DNA of 62,512 bases, counting the filler, from Kipferlia bialata (Eukaryota), in the NCBI GenBank assembly GCA_003568945.1. It is 5 parts of 5 records of this genome, joined end to end, with 100 filler letters (N's around TTAATTAATTAA, not from the genome) between each part and the next. Parts side by side here need not be neighbours in the genome. Positions count along the whole stretch, not along the records: positions 14,782 to 34,276 come from BDIP01000419.1; positions 34,377 to 53,838 come from BDIP01000420.1; 3 more parts are not named here. One strand, written 5' to 3'. Positions 25,420 to 37,702 of the stretch are shown here, one piece after another. The position numbers and the translations under genes are program-made. Below the pieces are notes generated by a model. That model saw only the letters and a program-made list of their open reading frames with translations. It was not told where the DNA came from and did not search any database. The number at the start of each line of letters is the position of its first letter. Position 1 is the stretch's first letter.

Positions 25420-27053
25420 TCTCTAGACTCTTTTACCTCCAGTCCTGGCTGCTATGTCTGCCCCCTCCCAGCCTCTCTCTCTCTCTCTATATCCCTATAT
25501 TTACCTCCAGTCCTTGCTGCCATGTCTGCCCCTTCTCTGCATATCTCTCCCTCTCTCTATCTCTGTCTCTCTCTCTCTATATATATATCACTTCATATGT
25601 AGTCTTAACCTCAGTCCTTGCTGCCATGTCTGCCCCCTCTCAGTCTGAGTCCATCCCACCCCCTGCCCTGTCTGACCTGATGCCATCCATACTGGACACA
25701 CTGGTGATAGCAGGTATATACTATATATACTATACTATATGTGCTGTGTAATAGGTATAGTAAGTATATGTATATATATGTGTGTGTATATATGTATATA
25801 CCCCTGCCCTGTCTGACTTGATGCCATCCATCCTGGATACCTTAGTCATTGCAGGTTAGTAAATCTCTCTCTCTCTCTCTCTCTCTTTCTTTCTCTCTCT
25901 CTCTCAATGTGTATATACATGTATATACATGTGTATTTGTATGTATATAAGTCTATGTTCCTCACCCCCCCAGGTTTCATTGTGTCCCCCTCTCAATACT
26001 ACTATATATACTATATATACTATATATACTATATATATAATTATTTTTGTATAAATGTCTTGACCCCAGGTGGCATTGTGTCCCCCCTCTCTCGGTCCAT
26101 GACCATGGGACTGGCAATGGGACTACAGGTATGTACACATAACTGAATACACATTTGTTCTGTATGTGTGTCCACCCTCACCATCAGGCAGTTAGGGCAG
26201 TCGGATGTGCACTCCTGGGACCAAGGTAACACTCTCTCTACATTACATGGTCGTCTTAGTCTAATTCTAATAGTACTATTATACCTATTATACCCACCTC
26301 ACCTCAGGTTCAACCCCCTGCAGCCCATCATGCTCCTGGTATCTGTCTCTGTCTCTCTCTCTCTATCTGTGTTTTGGTATATATATATATATATTAGTAC
26401 ATCCATCTTACCTCAGGTTCAACCCCCTGCAGCCCATCATGCTCCTCGTCTCTCTCTCTCTATATATATATGTATATATGTATATATGTATCATTATATC
26501 CACCTAACCCCAGGTTCAACCCCCTGCAGCCCATCATGCTCCTGGTGTCATTTGTACTCAGACTCGGGGACACGGGGTCTCAGGTACTTAGCTATTTATG
26601 TACTATATACTATATATATATCAGGTGTGTTTGTATATATACATATGTAGAGTCCTCATATGTAGTAGATATATACATAGAACATGTAGTGTACTCAGTC
26701 AACATTCGGGGGCACAGTGTCTCAGGTGTGTATTCTACTTTCCTCTCTCTCTCTATGTATATGTATATTTATAGTATCATGATGTATCCTCATCCTCACC
26801 CCAGGTCAGGAGGTCCAGGAGAAAGACCCCCAAGCCCACTGAGAAGAGTGAGAAGGAGGGTGCTTCCACTGTTGTGAGGCAGGTTGCCCCCACCTCTAGT
26901 ACTCCCTCTGGTACCACACCCTCTACCAAGGGGTCTAAGAAGAGTGCTACCCCTACCAATGTACCCAAGACCCCCTCCACAGGCAGGGGTGGCAAGAAGG
27001 CTGCAATGCTGGAGACACCTGCTGTGACTGGGAGGAGGAGAAACAAGCACTAG
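24461..27053 (+). CDS. Multi-exon membrane protein with basic S/T/P-rich tail; possible TRIC/TMEM38-like; 5' end not found
   Basis: Spliced sequence: LIEPEASHLAKDLSVPFLIRDVVVW|WLAFYCPFEWPRKILQTR|AFVFVDGIISIPGDYAWLEMIVK|ALHQRGTPLYGTIMFSLIPGMACPMLMA|VLAAM...|FNPLQPIMLLVSFVLRLGDTGSQ|VRRSRRK...RRRNKH*. WWLAFYCPF resembles the TRIC WYLIFFCP motif (weak). Confidence 0.6.
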
Positions 27054-27457
27054 AGTGTGTAGAGAGAGAGAGAGAGAATTTGAGTGTGCGACGAGGAAGC
27101 AGTAGTGTGTGTGGGAGTGACATTGGTGGGATCTGCTCTCATACATGTGTTTGTATAGTTTTATATATGGTAACTAGATACACATGTATCAGGGAACAAT
27201 AGAAGGTGTTCAATTTGATAGTCCCAAAGGATCTCTCTATTACACACACCAGTCCCACATGACTCAGTCCCCCTCCCTCCTACTAGCGTAGACACTGCCT
27301 CAAGGGTCCAGTGGAACAGAGAGAGAACGAGACGTAGATTAGTTCCAAATCACCCTATCCCCCTCCCTCTCCAGGAATGCCCCCTCGACCAAGTGTTCAA
27401 GGGCAGCCTTAAGGGTCTAGCAGTAGAGAGAGAGAGAGAGAGAGAGTAAGAGATATC

Positions 27458-30400
27458 CTAGTCCCATATGACTCTGTCCCCCTCCCTCTCCAGGAATGCC
27501 CCCTCGACCAAGTGTTCTAGGGCAGCCTTGAAGTGGTCGTCAGAGAGTGCACACACACTCTCTCTCTCTGCACCCTCTGTACCAATATCACCACTGTTAC
27601 CAATGTTGACACCAATTAGTCTCTCTCTCTCCACCCACAGCCCCTGCACCCTCTGTCTGAGTACTGCTATGGACACACCCTCAGGGCTCTGCTTGACTGC
27701 CTTGCAGACAAGGGCACGGACTAGCTGCTGCACATCCACTAGGGGTCTAGAAGACACAGTAAGAGAGTCACTTCCTGTTGATGCTACACCCTTAGTCTCT
27801 GAGGGTCTGGCTGTACTGCTCATCACAATGTGAAGGGTCTCAACCTCTCCCTCCACCTCTCCCTCTAGCAGTGAGGACACCTCGCTCTCCTCTGCCTCAC
27901 TCTCTCTCTCTCTCTCTGTGCCCTCTACCCCATCACACATGACTACATCTGTATCCACTCCCCATCTGACACCAAAGGTCAGTGGGGTCAGGGAGATAGA
28001 GGACAGACCCCTAGGGTGCACAGTGAGTGTACCACGCTCCCTATCCCAGTTGATGAGAGATGGTCCCTCCCCAGACCCTGTCAGTGGCAGTATATGTGCA
28101 GAGAGAGTCTCTGGTGATACCCCTACGGTAGCATCGCGTAGCTTGGCAGCAGTGACACACTGGCCTGGCTGGGATAGCATGTATGTCATCACAGCATGTT
28201 GCAAGGGTGTCAGTCGCACTGTGTGTGTGGTTGTGGTGGTATCCCCTACTGCCATCTCCACTGATAGTGTCCCACTTACAGTGCTGCTAGAGACATGTAC
28301 TGGTGTAGTGGACCTTCTACCCTTCTCTCTCTTCATCTCAACGTCTGAAGCGTCTGGAACGTATGAAGCGTCTAAGAGAGTACCCAGGCATCTTGATAAA
28401 GCTACGCTCTCTCTGGATATGGCTGCGACAGCTGAGAGAGCAGGGGTCAGGTGAACTGCGCTCCCACTACCCGTGGTGGTGTCTACACCACTTACACTCT
28501 CTGTCCTATTAACAAATGCGGTGGTTGCCGCTATGTAGGACGGGAGTGGACACGAGACGTTGTTGAAGGGCACACTCACAACGTGGGTATCAGAGACAGA
28601 GACTCTTTGGACAGCACTGTCTCCATGCATACCCTCTCCATCCATCAAGGAACGTATCAGACGTCGGGCACTCTGTACAAGGGCCAAGACACTCACCCCA
28701 TCCCTCTCTCCCTCTCTCACTGAAGTAGGGGTGTCTCTCTCCGGTGCCAGTGCGAGTAATGCCACTTCAGTGTCAAGGGACACAGTCTGTGGTCTGGATA
28801 GATAGGCAACCCTTCTCCCTCTGCCTGTTGTGGTTGTTCTCTCTAGCACCATGCTGTGCATGTAGTCAAGGTACCTAGAGTGAGTATAGTAGTAGAGAAA
28901 AGCACATAGATATATATATATGTATATATGTATATATCTGCAATTAGTGTAGCTAGCACCATGCTGTGCATGTAGTCCAGGTACCTAGGGTGAGGGCAAG
29001 TTACATTCACACCAATATAACGTAGTACAGAGGCTGATGAACGAATAATGTACAATGTAGGGAATAACAAACCTAATCTCTAGCAAGCTGCAGTGACACG
29101 TCCAGTCATACACCAAGGGTGCAGTTCCACTCCTAGATGCACTAGTGGTACTGGGGGCTGGTGTCTTGCCCCCCTTCTTCCTCCTCTTTGCCCTCCTCTT
29201 CTCCCTCTCCCTCTCCCGATGCAGAGAGTCCTCGGCCTGGGGTGAGGCCACAAACACGTATAGAGTAAGAAGAGAGAGATAGATATATACATACTACATA
29301 TACATACCTCCACCCCCTCTGCCACCATGTCCTGTATGCACTGCAAACGTACTTACTCACCCTATATACTATATATGTAATATATATTCTATACTCTTCA
29401 TACAACATACACACCTCCACCCCCTGTGCCACCATGTCCTGTATGCACTGCATGATGCCCAGCCAGCCTGGGGTCAGATAGGATACATACGTATATACAC
29501 ATGTATTTTATGTATACTCATACATATATACTTATATATAAATACATATATATTGATATGTATGTATGTCTAGGTGTGAGATGATACTGGCATTCAGTAG
29601 GTATGAAGAGAGAGGATATCCTAACCTTGTATCCCAGCCACCTCCTGTGCCTTGAACACCTGTCTACAGGCAGTGTCCCACATGTAGGCAAGAACCTCTC
29701 CAACTCTATCCCTCTCACTCCCTCTCTCCGTATCTCCCTTGTACACTGTAGACACAACCCTCTTTGCCTCTCTCTCTAGAAGACCTCTCCCCTGAATAGG
29801 AGTCAGGGCAACCCAGGCTAGGGAGAGGATATTGAGGGTCTGGAGGGTTAGATGGTATACTTTCATATTATTATGTATGTGTGAATATATTTGCAGGGTC
29901 ATATGAATACATACGTGTCATGCGCCACTGTATAAGAGTAAGAATATGCACTACTCCTCTATATGTCATGTACCTGTAACACACGTGTGGGTATGTACCA
30001 CCCATATTCCTTGACACTCTCTCCCTCCCCCTCTGTCTGTGTCACAGTGTATCTGACACAGGGTCTGTCCATCCTGGGTTCAGTGGCATATATGCACATC
30101 ATTATACAATAGATATATGATAGTTAAGTTGTACCCTCACTGCTACAGCGGTGGTTAATGGACCCACACCTACATATGACATATAGATCAATGTGTCCCA
30201 TACCTCCCCCTCACTGCTGCACAGAGTGTCTCCCTGGCATCCTGCACCACAGTACTCTCTCCCTCTCCCTCTCCTTCTCCCTCTGTCTCTAAACCTGATA
30301 GAGCACTAGCAGCAGTGTCAAATAGAGAGGCAGCGGCACTGGATGTAAGAGACTGACGAATTACTACAAGGGGTTGATTTGTAAATTCTGATGTATATAT

Positions 30401-30846
30401 TTACCCATATACTTCCAGGAATACATACTCCTATCCCACCTGAATGCCGTGTGGTCCGGGAAGACAGAATAAAGTGTATAAGGCCATGTAATGAACTCAC
30501 ATACATTCAATATGTATATTCCCATATTAAATATATCTATGTATACCTGAATGCCGTGTGGTCTGGGAAGACAGAGGAACCCAATGCGGCATCCAGAACC
30601 TGTAATGAGTGTGATAGTAGTATATATGTATATTACATGTATAATGAGGTTTAGAATGTGACAGATATAACCAGAGCGGCATCCAGAACCAAATAATGAG
30701 AGTAGGGGGGATGTGCTATATGTTCAGTATATATACACATATATACTAAACGCACTATGTACACTATATATGCATGGTACCTCAGGCATCACCGCCACGC
30801 ATGCCTGCATCACAGACATATACTACATATGAATACTTAGGTATAC

Positions 30847-30889
<43 letters not shown>

Positions 30890-32243
30890 TATACCTCAGG
30901 CATCACCGCCACGCATGCCTGCATGACTAGACCTGCAATGGAGACAGACAGGCGCTGGAAGGTGTCCTAGTATGAGGAGAGAGAGAGACAGAGAACGATA
31001 CAGACGCGTGGTGATTACTATTAGGGGAGAGAAAGAGAGAGAGAGAGACAGAGAAAAATACAGGTGCAAGGTGTGGTATGATGTGGAGAGGTTTCTATAG
31101 TGCGCACCATATTCAGTAGACACACATGTAAGCATACACCTTATTTCTGTTAATACCTGTATATAATATATATATGTATATAATACATATATGAATATAT
31201 ATATATATACCTTGTTACTATTCCTCAGTGATGTCTTCCTGACATATGGCTGCACTGCCTGTGGGTATATATATATATATAATATACCTATACAATTATT
31301 GTATACCTATACAATTACCTATACCAATCTATATATACATACCTTATTACTGTTTCTGAGTGATGCCTTCCTGACATATGGCTGCACTGCTAATGGATCC
31401 ACCAACAGCAGTCTCCTCAGTGCCAGGTGGTGACTCTTGATGGCACTCACAAGCAGAGTCTCTCTCTCTCCCTCTGTAAAGGATGTCTCTCTCTCTCTCT
31501 CTCCCTCTGTATTGTCTGTATTGTCTCCCACTGGATCTATCCTGCACCTCTTTGATAGGGCTGTGGATAGGGACTGGGCCTTCCTTGGGGTCAAAGGGAT
31601 TTATAGTAATGTGTATGCATGAAGTAATAGTGCCACTCTGACCACGGTGTCACCGAGACTACTCACTATCCATGTATATACATGTATAGCATAACATGTA
31701 TATATACATATCATACCTTGGGTGTAATAACAGTCCAATCCTTATTATTGCCCTGACCAGGGTGTCACCATGTACATGTATATACAATATGAATATGTAT
31801 AGTACCTTGGATGAAGCAATAGTGCTATCCTTATTATTGCCCTGACCAGGGTGTCACCATGTACATGTACATATATATATGAACAGTGAATGATACATTG
31901 CTATTAGTATAGTACCTTGGATGCAATAGCAGTCCAATCCTAATTATTGCCCTGACCAGAGTGTCACCATGAGACCCAGGCATAGGGACAGACCTCTGGG
32001 TACCATCATCTCTGCACACTAGCCTACCACCAAGGCCGAAACAGGGTGTGCCAGTAGAGAAACTAGAGGACCCTCTATCGCTAGAGGGTTTAGATGCACT
32101 AGATTCACTGACTATGCCTGGAAAAGAACTGGAGGAGGAACTAGACCCTTTAGCACTGACTATGCCGGGTACACTCTCCATCAGACCGGTCAGCCACTTG
32201 GTACGGGCATTGCGAATGATATAGGAAGCAACACACACTTGGG

Positions 32244-32280
<37 letters not shown>

Positions 32281-32803
32281 GGTGACACATTCTGGACAAT
32301 AACATCCACATAGAAAGACATATCTAGTAGGGTATTCAATACGATAACTGTGTGTATCTGCCTATGAAACTCCAGTTGGTATCTCGAATCGAACATGAGT
32401 ATATACATAACTAGATCACATACATCAAATACAACAATATCTCAATTTACTTGAGGGTTACCTATCAGTTCCAGCTGGTGCCTGGAGTACTCGTCTGTGT
32501 AGCTATGGGTGAAGTGGTACATCTCTGCCCTCATGGCCGCATGCTCAACCTGGGAGTAAGGGTGTAGAGGGGGAGAGAGAGAAAAAGAGAGGGAGAGAGA
32601 GAGAGTAGTGTACATCTCAGACCGCATGGCGGCATGCTCAACCTGAGAGTGAGGGTATATATTGATATATGTATATATATATATATATGTATAGAGAGAG
32701 AGAGAGAGTTGGGTACATCTCTGCCCTCATGGCAGCATGCTCAACCTGAGAATAAGGGTATATATATATATATATATATGTATGTATATAGATATATATA
32801 CAT

Positions 32804-32835
<32 letters not shown>

Positions 32836-34039
32836 TAGTGTACATCTCTGCCCTCATGGCAGCATGCTCAACCTGAGAATAAAGGGTGTAGAGGGGGAGA
32901 GAGAGAGACAATGTGACAGAGACAATGAGAGAGGGAGAGAGAGTGGTGATAGTACCTCCCCCATCATGGACCGTGTCGGATATGGCTCAGAGTGGATGAG
33001 GTACCTTGGCATGAGTAATGGCGTGATATAGAGAGAGACAGTGAGAGGTAACGAGAGAGGATATGGCAAAGAGAGTGGCTGAGGCACCTGGGATGGGAAA
33101 AGAGTGGATAGGGAGAGAAAGAGATATAGATAGAAGGAGAGAGAGGCTCAGAGTGGATCTTGTACCTATGTGAGACATACTTGAGAAGGGAGAAGAAGAA
33201 GAAGAGAGAGAAAGGATAGGGCTATGAGTGGATGATGAAAGGGGGGGGGGGGGGGGAGGTGAGGGGGGGTATACTCACAGATATATACATACAGATACAT
33301 ACCCGAAGACTACAAGATACAGGGGCATTACACAGTCCAATGATCGTGCCATGGTCAATAGGGACTGGGTGGAACATGAACCAGGGGTGCTGGAGGCTAA
33401 AGATGAGAGAGACTCTCTCAGATAGAGGGGGGGAGGGGGGGGGAGAGAGAGGGTGAGAAATGGAATTCGATAAACTAGAATTGGAGGAAGAGGAGTGGGG
33501 GGTAATGAACTTGTGTCAGAACTGGATATGCGGTAGACGGGGGAGGGGGAGGGGAGGGGGGGGGGGGTTAAAGTATAATCATACACCCACCTGCTATCTG
33601 TGGAATAATTGTCCCCCTCAGATAGACCCTGAGCACATGTTCATAGGAGAGGGGCACTGTACCCCCACCATCTTTCATACCCCTCTGCACACAGAACATG
33701 GGTAAGTCCCTGACTATAGATACGGTCTGGGCAGTGAGGCTGGACAGTCTGGACATGTCTACAGGGACTCTCTCTCTCTCTCCCTCCTTTCCCTCTGCAT
33801 CTGGGGTATCCTTGGAGCTGTGTGCCTGTAGAGCTGCCTTGATCAGGCTCTTGAGACCCTTGCGGTGGGACCTGGTGTCATGTATATATGTAGTATATAC
33901 AGCACAGAGAATATCACCATATAGATATATACTTCACACTGTGGAGTACCACACACCTTATATCTGGCACTGCGTTGAGCTGGTCTACTAGAGTGTGCAC
34001 ATCGGGTTCTAGGTGCTCTGAGGGTGAGGAATGAGCCAT
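27458..34039 (-). CDS. Large multi-exon protein with a cullin-like C-terminus (divergent cullin/APC2-like)
   Basis: The long last exon (27458-28872) has VRLTPLQHAVMTY, LVRALVCKAVKQ and FKAALEHLVEGAFLEREGDRVIWD*. These resemble cullin VSTYQMAVL, IDAAIVRIMK and IESLIEREYLER. Many upstream GT-AG exons extend to about 34039; the start is uncertain. Confidence 0.6.
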
Positions 34040-34276
34040 AACATGAGGGTCATATATATATAGACAGAGACACTCAAACGTAATACATATACACACTGCT
34101 ATGCCATCAACGCAATGAAAATACAATTCCACACAACACAGAGGCTGTATAGTGAATACGCACTTCCCAGCAATGACATGTCATTATCCAGTAGGGCAAG
34201 AGAAGAAAAAGAAGAAGAAGAAATCTATGTTTTTGGCGGCTATCAAGCCTAGCCCCTTATGTGTTATATAAATATT

Positions 34277-34376
34277 NNNNNNNNNNNNNNNNNNNNNNNN
34301 NNNNNNNNNNNNNNNNNNNNTTAATTAATTAANNNNNNNNNNNNNNNNNNNNNNNNNNNNNNNNNNNNNNNNNNNN
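34277..34376. other. Artificial contig spacer
   Basis: N44-TTAATTAATTAA-N44. Confidence 0.97.
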
Positions 34377-34432
34377 CTTGATGCCATTGTGGGTGGCCAC
34401 ATACATGATGGCCTGGGGTTAGATATATATAT

Positions 34433-34468
<36 letters not shown>

Positions 34469-35319
34469 TGATGCCATTGTGGGTGGCCACATACATGATG
34501 ATTGCTGGATTTAGATAGATAGATATATAGATAGGGAAGGGGAGAGAGAGAGAGAGGTTGTGATGTTACTGTGTGCGGCAAGTAGCGAGATGGCATATGG
34601 TGGGAAAGAGAGATATAGGGAGAGGAATATGGGAGAATCATGTATGGAATATATATATTCACATATTGCAATATATACACAAATATAGACACAGACAGGG
34701 AATAGAAAGGGAGAGAGTATTTGTAGCCATGGGTGACAAGACACACATTCAATTATACACACACACTATACTTGATACCTTGTAGCAGAATGCGGTCTGG
34801 GTCATATCACAGTATAGACACACAAATGTATACTATCTATATACACATTAGTAAGTAAGGGTATAACAACATAGATATATAAATAACTGCACATATATAC
34901 CTTGTAGCAGAATGCAGTCTGGGTCACTCTGTTATACCAATTACTATACACATAGAGTATAGAGACATTATATAAACCACAACACACAAGTATATATTAT
35001 ATATTTACATATTAGTATCAGTATAAGTATATACCTTGTAGCAGAATGCGGTCTGGGTCACTCTGTTGTAACAGTACTTCTGGATCAGGGCAGAGATCTG
35101 GGCCTTCCTGGGATGAGGAATATTTAGGTATACATATATATATACAATACACATAGAGAGAGAGAGAGAGAGTATATCTGGATGAGGGCAGGGATCTGGC
35201 CATTCCTGGGGTCAGTTGCATATATAGTATATATGCAGAGCGAGAAAGCGAAGGGAAGGGATAAATGGAGACATATCCTACCAAGGGGGAGAGCAGAAGC
35301 GAGACTCTCTCACTCTCTT

Positions 35320-35369
<50 letters not shown>

Positions 35370-35538
35370 CATGAATACATATATATACATACCTCTCATT
35401 GGGTGGCAGTGGCTCCTGCTCTGCTATGGCCAGTTTGTATGTATATCTCTCTATATATATATATATATCTATATATATATATATATATACCTCTCATTGG
35501 GTGGCAGTGGGGTCCTGCTCTGCTATGGCCAGTCGGTC

Positions 35539-35590
<52 letters not shown>

Positions 35591-36919
35591 CATATAATTA
35601 CATGTTTATACATACCTCTCATTAGGTGGCAGTGGCTCCTGCTCTGCTATGGCCAGTCTGTCTGCATCTCTCTCTCTCTCTATATATATATATGAATACA
35701 TATATATACATACATATATATATACATACCTCTCATTGGGTGGCAGAGGCTCCTGCTCTGCTATGGCCAGTCTGTCTGCATACATGGCAGCTATCTGCTC
35801 AGGGGTCTGGTTACGAAGACACAGCCTATAATTAGGAGATGTAGCAGAGAGAGAGAGAGAGAGAGAGGGGGAGAGAGAGCTGCATACACATGTCGGCTAT
35901 ATTCTCAGGGGTCTGGTTACACAGACATAATACATAATGAGAGGAAGGCGGAAATACAAGGATATAGAGGGAAGAGGGGAGGTGCAGTAAATGCACATGA
36001 CAGCATAGACAAACGCATTGAGAGAAAGACAGATGAGGGCGAGATGGAGATTGAGATGCATATGTAGGTATGCTAAGGGGGAGGAAGGGGGTGATGTGGG
36101 GATGCAGGGGTGTGTGGGTGTGGGTGATAGAGAGAGAGAGAGAGGTGAACACATAGCCACTGGGATGTATGTATCGTCTCTCTCTCTCTCTGTATGGGTG
36201 ATGAGTGTTGGAGAGGGAGAAGGGAGTATGTAAATCTCGTGTGTCCAGAATATTGATAGAACAGCAGCACATCAATGCATTCTAGTGGTAACATAGTGTA
36301 TGATAGCGAATACAACGAATGTATGGAGTAGGAGAGAGTAGGAGAGAGAGAGTACCCACCTCTTGCAGCACCATTTGCCAGCATAGGATGGGCCAGACTT
36401 CTTCTGCTTCTCGGGCTTCACATCCACCTCAGCCTCTGTCTTGACCTCCTCTGGCTTGAACTCTCTCTCTCTCTCAGCCTCTCCCACCCCTGGAACCATC
36501 TCAGTCTCAGGGGCCTTCTTCTCTCCCTCTCCCTCTGCCTCTCCCTCTCTCTCCTTGACTAGCACCACCTGCTCCTCAGCAGTTTCAGCCACAGCAGTCT
36601 CTCCGGCCTCAGGCGCTGGCTGCTCTCCCTCTCCCCCTGCACCAACACCCTCCACCTCCTCTCTCTCTCCTGAGGGTATCATATCAGTATCGGCACCAGC
36701 CTCTCCCAGTGCACCAGCAGAGAGAGTACCATCTCCAGAGGTGGCAGGAGGCTCCCCTGTCTCAGGGTGTGCATGGGTAGGTGTGGGTGCACCCAAGCCA
36801 GACAGGCTGATCACAAGGGGTGCGACAGTGGTGCCCCCAGACTCAGAGGCAGCTGGGGCCTTGGAGACACCGGGGGCCGCGGAGCCTTGCTCCTCAGGCC
36901 TTCCCTGGGCCTCGGACAT
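34377..36919 (-). CDS. Hypothetical protein (3' truncated), acidic N-terminus followed by one CC-x-C module
   Basis: The first exon runs from ATG 36919 to ...[12 protein letters not shown]. Later exons give [62 protein letters not shown]. One small linking exon was not resolved. Confidence 0.6.
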
Positions 36920-37702
36920 TCCAGTCTGCTATCAAGTGTATTACAATACAGACCAGGCTTGGCGTGGGGGGCTGACAGAGAGTGTACACGCTCAATGGGC
37001 TGGACAGCTGGAGTTTTTGACCTAGTTGGTCTGCACCCTTTCTGCATTGAGCGACAGCTGCCATGCTATCTTGCAATCACCGTCAGTTTAGGGGGAAAGC
37101 ATTACTTCACAGCACTAACAACCTCCATAGGAGTACCAGTTACTTGGGTGGTACACTTGGGTGCTTTTTGACTGGCGAAGGAGCGTTTCTCAGGTATTCA
37201 AATCAAATTGTCTTGCTGTTATGTTGTTTCTGGGTCCTTCGGGATGGGTGTAACGTTGTACCGGACGTATATTGATGATGATGTTGTTATAGCTCGTCAA
37301 TGAACGGCTGGATGAGAATTGGATGAGTGTTATGGGTTGTGATGGGTGTCGACCTATTCCTCTTCTGTCCTCTCTTACCAGTACCGTTGTGGTGTTTATA
37401 ATGTGGTAAAGGCCAGTATCTAGTGGCTGTCTCCGTATATCGTATATGCGGTCGAAGGAGAGGGAGGTGGTGGATGGAAGGGGGCGGTGTATATATATGC
37501 ATATTGTCTTGTGATGTGAGCATTGGGGGTCACGTGTCTCATATCAACGTATACGTGCCACGCAAGCACATATTTGCGGTGTGTGTAGCAATATACCTAT
37601 ACTTGTGAGGGTTAATGCCACACCCCCCCCCTCCCCTCTTTCCAGGTCTCTCTCTCTCTCTCTCTTCTAATAGATTCGATGACTGCTGCTGACTGTAGGC
37701 AT

